This document shows positions 62,334 through 64,000 of a stretch of DNA of 64,000 nucleotides, piece after piece. The position numbers and the translations under genes are program-made. The stretch's first letter is position 1. Each line of letters starts with the position of its first letter. The stretch is taken from NCBI GenBank assembly GCA_049604295.1, contig JBMYTL010000009.1, positions 5,437-69,436 on the forward strand, in the 5' to 3' direction. Under the pieces are notes generated by a model. It had not been told where the DNA came from and made no database searches. It saw only the letters and a program-made list of their open reading frames with translations. Origin of the DNA: Gammaproteobacteria bacterium. Its GTDB lineage: Bacteria; Pseudomonadota; Gammaproteobacteria; JACKNK01.

Positions 62334-62951
62334 GTGAAAAAACCTGAACACACGCGCCCAACCCTGCTTGCCACCATGGCATTGACCCTGCTCTCCGCGT
62401 CGGCCCAAGCCGCTCCCGGTTGCCCCATGCCGGGCACCAGCTACGGTGCCTACCCCGCCCCCCTGTATCCGGACCCGGCCCTGTATCCACACCCGGTACA
62501 TGGCGTACCCGGGTCGGGCGGCTGGGGTCGCCCCGGATACACCGTACCCCTCGGTACGCCCATGCACCCCGGCGGCTACGCGGTTTACGGTTCCGGGCCC
62601 GGTGGCCATGCCCCCCACCGGACTCAGCCCGCCCAAGCGGCGCGACCGGCGGCGCCACCAGCCAAACCCGCGGCCCGGCCCTCGGCCGCCCCAGCGGAGG
62701 CCGCCACCAAAGCGGCCTCCGTGACCATCGCCAACATGCGCTTCGGTGCGGGCGAGGTGACCATCAAGGCCGGAGAATCGGTGACCTGGAGCCAATCGGA
62801 AAACATGCCCCACACCGTCACGGGTGAAGGCTGGGGTTCGGGCACGCTGAGCCGTGGCCAGACCTTCACCCAGGTCTTCGACAAACCCGGGCGATACGCG
62901 TACACCTGCCGCTTCCACCCCAACATGAACGGTGTGGTGATCGTGGAGTAA
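62334..62951 (+). CDS. Cupredoxin (plastocyanin/amicyanin-like blue copper protein) with a long Pro/Gly/Tyr-rich N-terminal linker
   Basis: The C-terminal roughly 90 aa carries type-1 Cu ligands (MPHTV … YTCRFHPNMNG). The GTG at 62334 (GGGAGA upstream) gives the signal peptide MKKPEHTRPTLLATMALTLLSASAQA. Confidence 0.82.
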   Translation: MKKPEHTRPTLLATMALTLLSASAQAAPGCPMPGTSYGAYPAPLYPDPALYPHPVHGVPGSGGWGRPGYTVPLGTPMHPGGYAVYGSGPGGHAPHRTQPAQAARPAAPPAKPAARPSAAPAEAATKAASVTIANMRFGAGEVTIKAGESVTWSQSENMPHTVTGEGWGSGTLSRGQTFTQVFDKPGRYAYTCRFHPNMNGVVIVE

Positions 62952-63000
62952 GGCCGCAACACCTTGCCCGGCCCCTCCTCACCGCATCCTGGAATCGCAC

Positions 63001-63762
63001 GTGAACAGCACCGCCGACCCCGAGGAACTCGAACGCTTCAACCGCTTCGCCGAGGCGTGGTGGGACCCTGAGGGCGCCTTCTGGCCGATTCATGGGCTCA
63101 ACACCCTGCGTAGCGGTTGGATCGTGGACCGGGCACGCGAGCATCTGGACGCGGGCGGGACGGATGATGCCCCCCTGGCCGACCTGTCGGTTCTCGATAT
63201 CGGCTGCGGAGGCGGAGTTTTGAGTGAATCCATGGCCCGTGCGGGCGCCCGGGTCCTGGGCGTCGATGGGGCGGAGCGCAACGTCGCGGTGGCGCGTCGC
63301 CATCGCGACCAACACGCGGCCGGAATCGGGGAACGTCTCCGCTACCACCACGGCCTGTTGGAGGACGGACTGCCGGGGGAAGGCGCCACGCCCACAACGT
63401 TCGATCTGGTCTTGAACATGGAGGTGGTGGAACACGTGGCCGACCTGGATCGCTTCATGGATCTGGCCTGCGCGCGGGTCAAACCCGGGGGGCTGATGTT
63501 TCTTTCCACGCTCAACCGCAACCTGGTCAGCCTGTTCGCGGCCAAGTTCGCGGCGGAATACATCCTGCGCTGGCTACCCCGGGGCACGCACCAATGGGGC
63601 AAGTTCCGCACACCGGCGGAAATGACCGCTCACCTCCAGCGCAATGAGCTGGTGGTGAGCGACCACACGGGGGTGCGGGTGCTGCCGGTATTGCGCCGCT
63701 TCAGTTTCACCCGCTCCCTCGCCATCAACTACATGCTCTGCGCGCGCCGTCCACCCGCCTGA
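63001..63762 (+). CDS. ubiG: Ubiquinone biosynthesis O-methyltransferase
   Basis: 253 aa, GTG start, with FNRFAEAWWDPEGAFWPIHGLN, the SAM motif VLDIGCGGGVLSE, and MEVVEHV. Confidence 0.92.
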   Translation: MNSTADPEELERFNRFAEAWWDPEGAFWPIHGLNTLRSGWIVDRAREHLDAGGTDDAPLADLSVLDIGCGGGVLSESMARAGARVLGVDGAERNVAVARRHRDQHAAGIGERLRYHHGLLEDGLPGEGATPTTFDLVLNMEVVEHVADLDRFMDLACARVKPGGLMFLSTLNRNLVSLFAAKFAAEYILRWLPRGTHQWGKFRTPAEMTAHLQRNELVVSDHTGVRVLPVLRRFSFTRSLAINYMLCARRPPA

Positions 63763-64000
63763 ACGCCTGCCCGGACGCCCGCGGCTCCAACCCAATCGGC
63801 GATACGGTCCACGGCCTCCATCACGTGACCACAGCGGGCCCGAAGGAAGGTCTCGTCGATGACCGCGTCACCATCGGCCGCCGCCTGGGCGGCCTCACCA
63901 TCGAAATCGACGAGCGCAACACGCAGGGACAGCTCCGACGCGGGCCGACCGAACTGCACGCCCGGCAGCGCCGCGACGCCGGTCTGCTCCAACAGAGCCT
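63729..64000 (-). CDS. Class I/II PLP-dependent aminotransferase, C-terminal part (5' end outside the window)
   Basis: The frame is open to the window edge. …LMEQTGVAALPGVQFGRPASELSLRVAL… is a typical aminotransferase C-terminal motif. Its 3' end overlaps the ubiG 3' end convergently by 34 nt. Confidence 0.6.
   Translation of the reverse strand, partial: ALLEQTGVAALPGVQFGRPASELSLRVALVDFDGEAAQAAADGDAVIDETFLRARCGHVMEAVDRIADWVGAAGVRAGVQAGGRRAQSM

Overview
High-GC (about 65% by eye) proteobacterial chromosome segment. By inference it comes from a gammaproteobacterial, sulfur-oxidiser-like organism, because sqr, glnK-amtB, egtBD and a NaChBac-type Na+ channel are all present. Most of the window is conserved housekeeping synteny: TolC-like/lnt-corC-ybeY-ybeZ-miaB, arsC-wrbA-DUF2069, hda-DUF2066, purMN-DUF3108, birA-coaX-tRNA-Thr, rdgC, glnK-amtB and ubiG. 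The dominant accessory element is a 20-kb run of 13 co-oriented genes at 17.6-37.6 kb on the minus strand. It is an XrtA (exosortase A)/PEP-CTERM exopolysaccharide export, sorting and regulation locus. In transcription order it encodes a priming sugar transferase, PrsK, PrsR, PrsT, a Wza-like exporter, a Wzz-like protein, a BY-kinase, an outer-membrane barrel, an ATPase, a deacetylase, a FemAB protein, an XrtA-EpsI fusion and an AsnB-like amidotransferase. A second, looser accessory stretch at 54.3-62.9 kb carries an unknown protein plus chrA, a bacterial voltage-gated Na+ channel, an orphan two-gene pilin-like operon, a Spy/CpxP-like protein, egtBD, a photolyase-family gene and a cupredoxin. 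I saw no CRISPR array, IS element, integrase, prophage or recognisable defence genes, and I cannot point to a clearly new multi-gene system. The most unusual things I can support from the sequence are: (1) a BY-kinase with a roughly 340-aa acidic low-complexity insert; (2) an orphan prepilin-like gene with a roughly 90-aa C-terminal extension encoded partly by a perfect (GAGCAG)x9 microsatellite, translationally coupled to an unknown membrane protein; (3) a 13-bp intergenic tandem repeat array; (4) a perfect 21-bp palindrome in a divergent promoter region; (5) a roughly 500-bp GC-rich non-coding spacer between egtBD and the photolyase-like gene. Many long ORFs in the six-frame track are antisense or off-frame shadows typical of high-GC DNA and were rejected.
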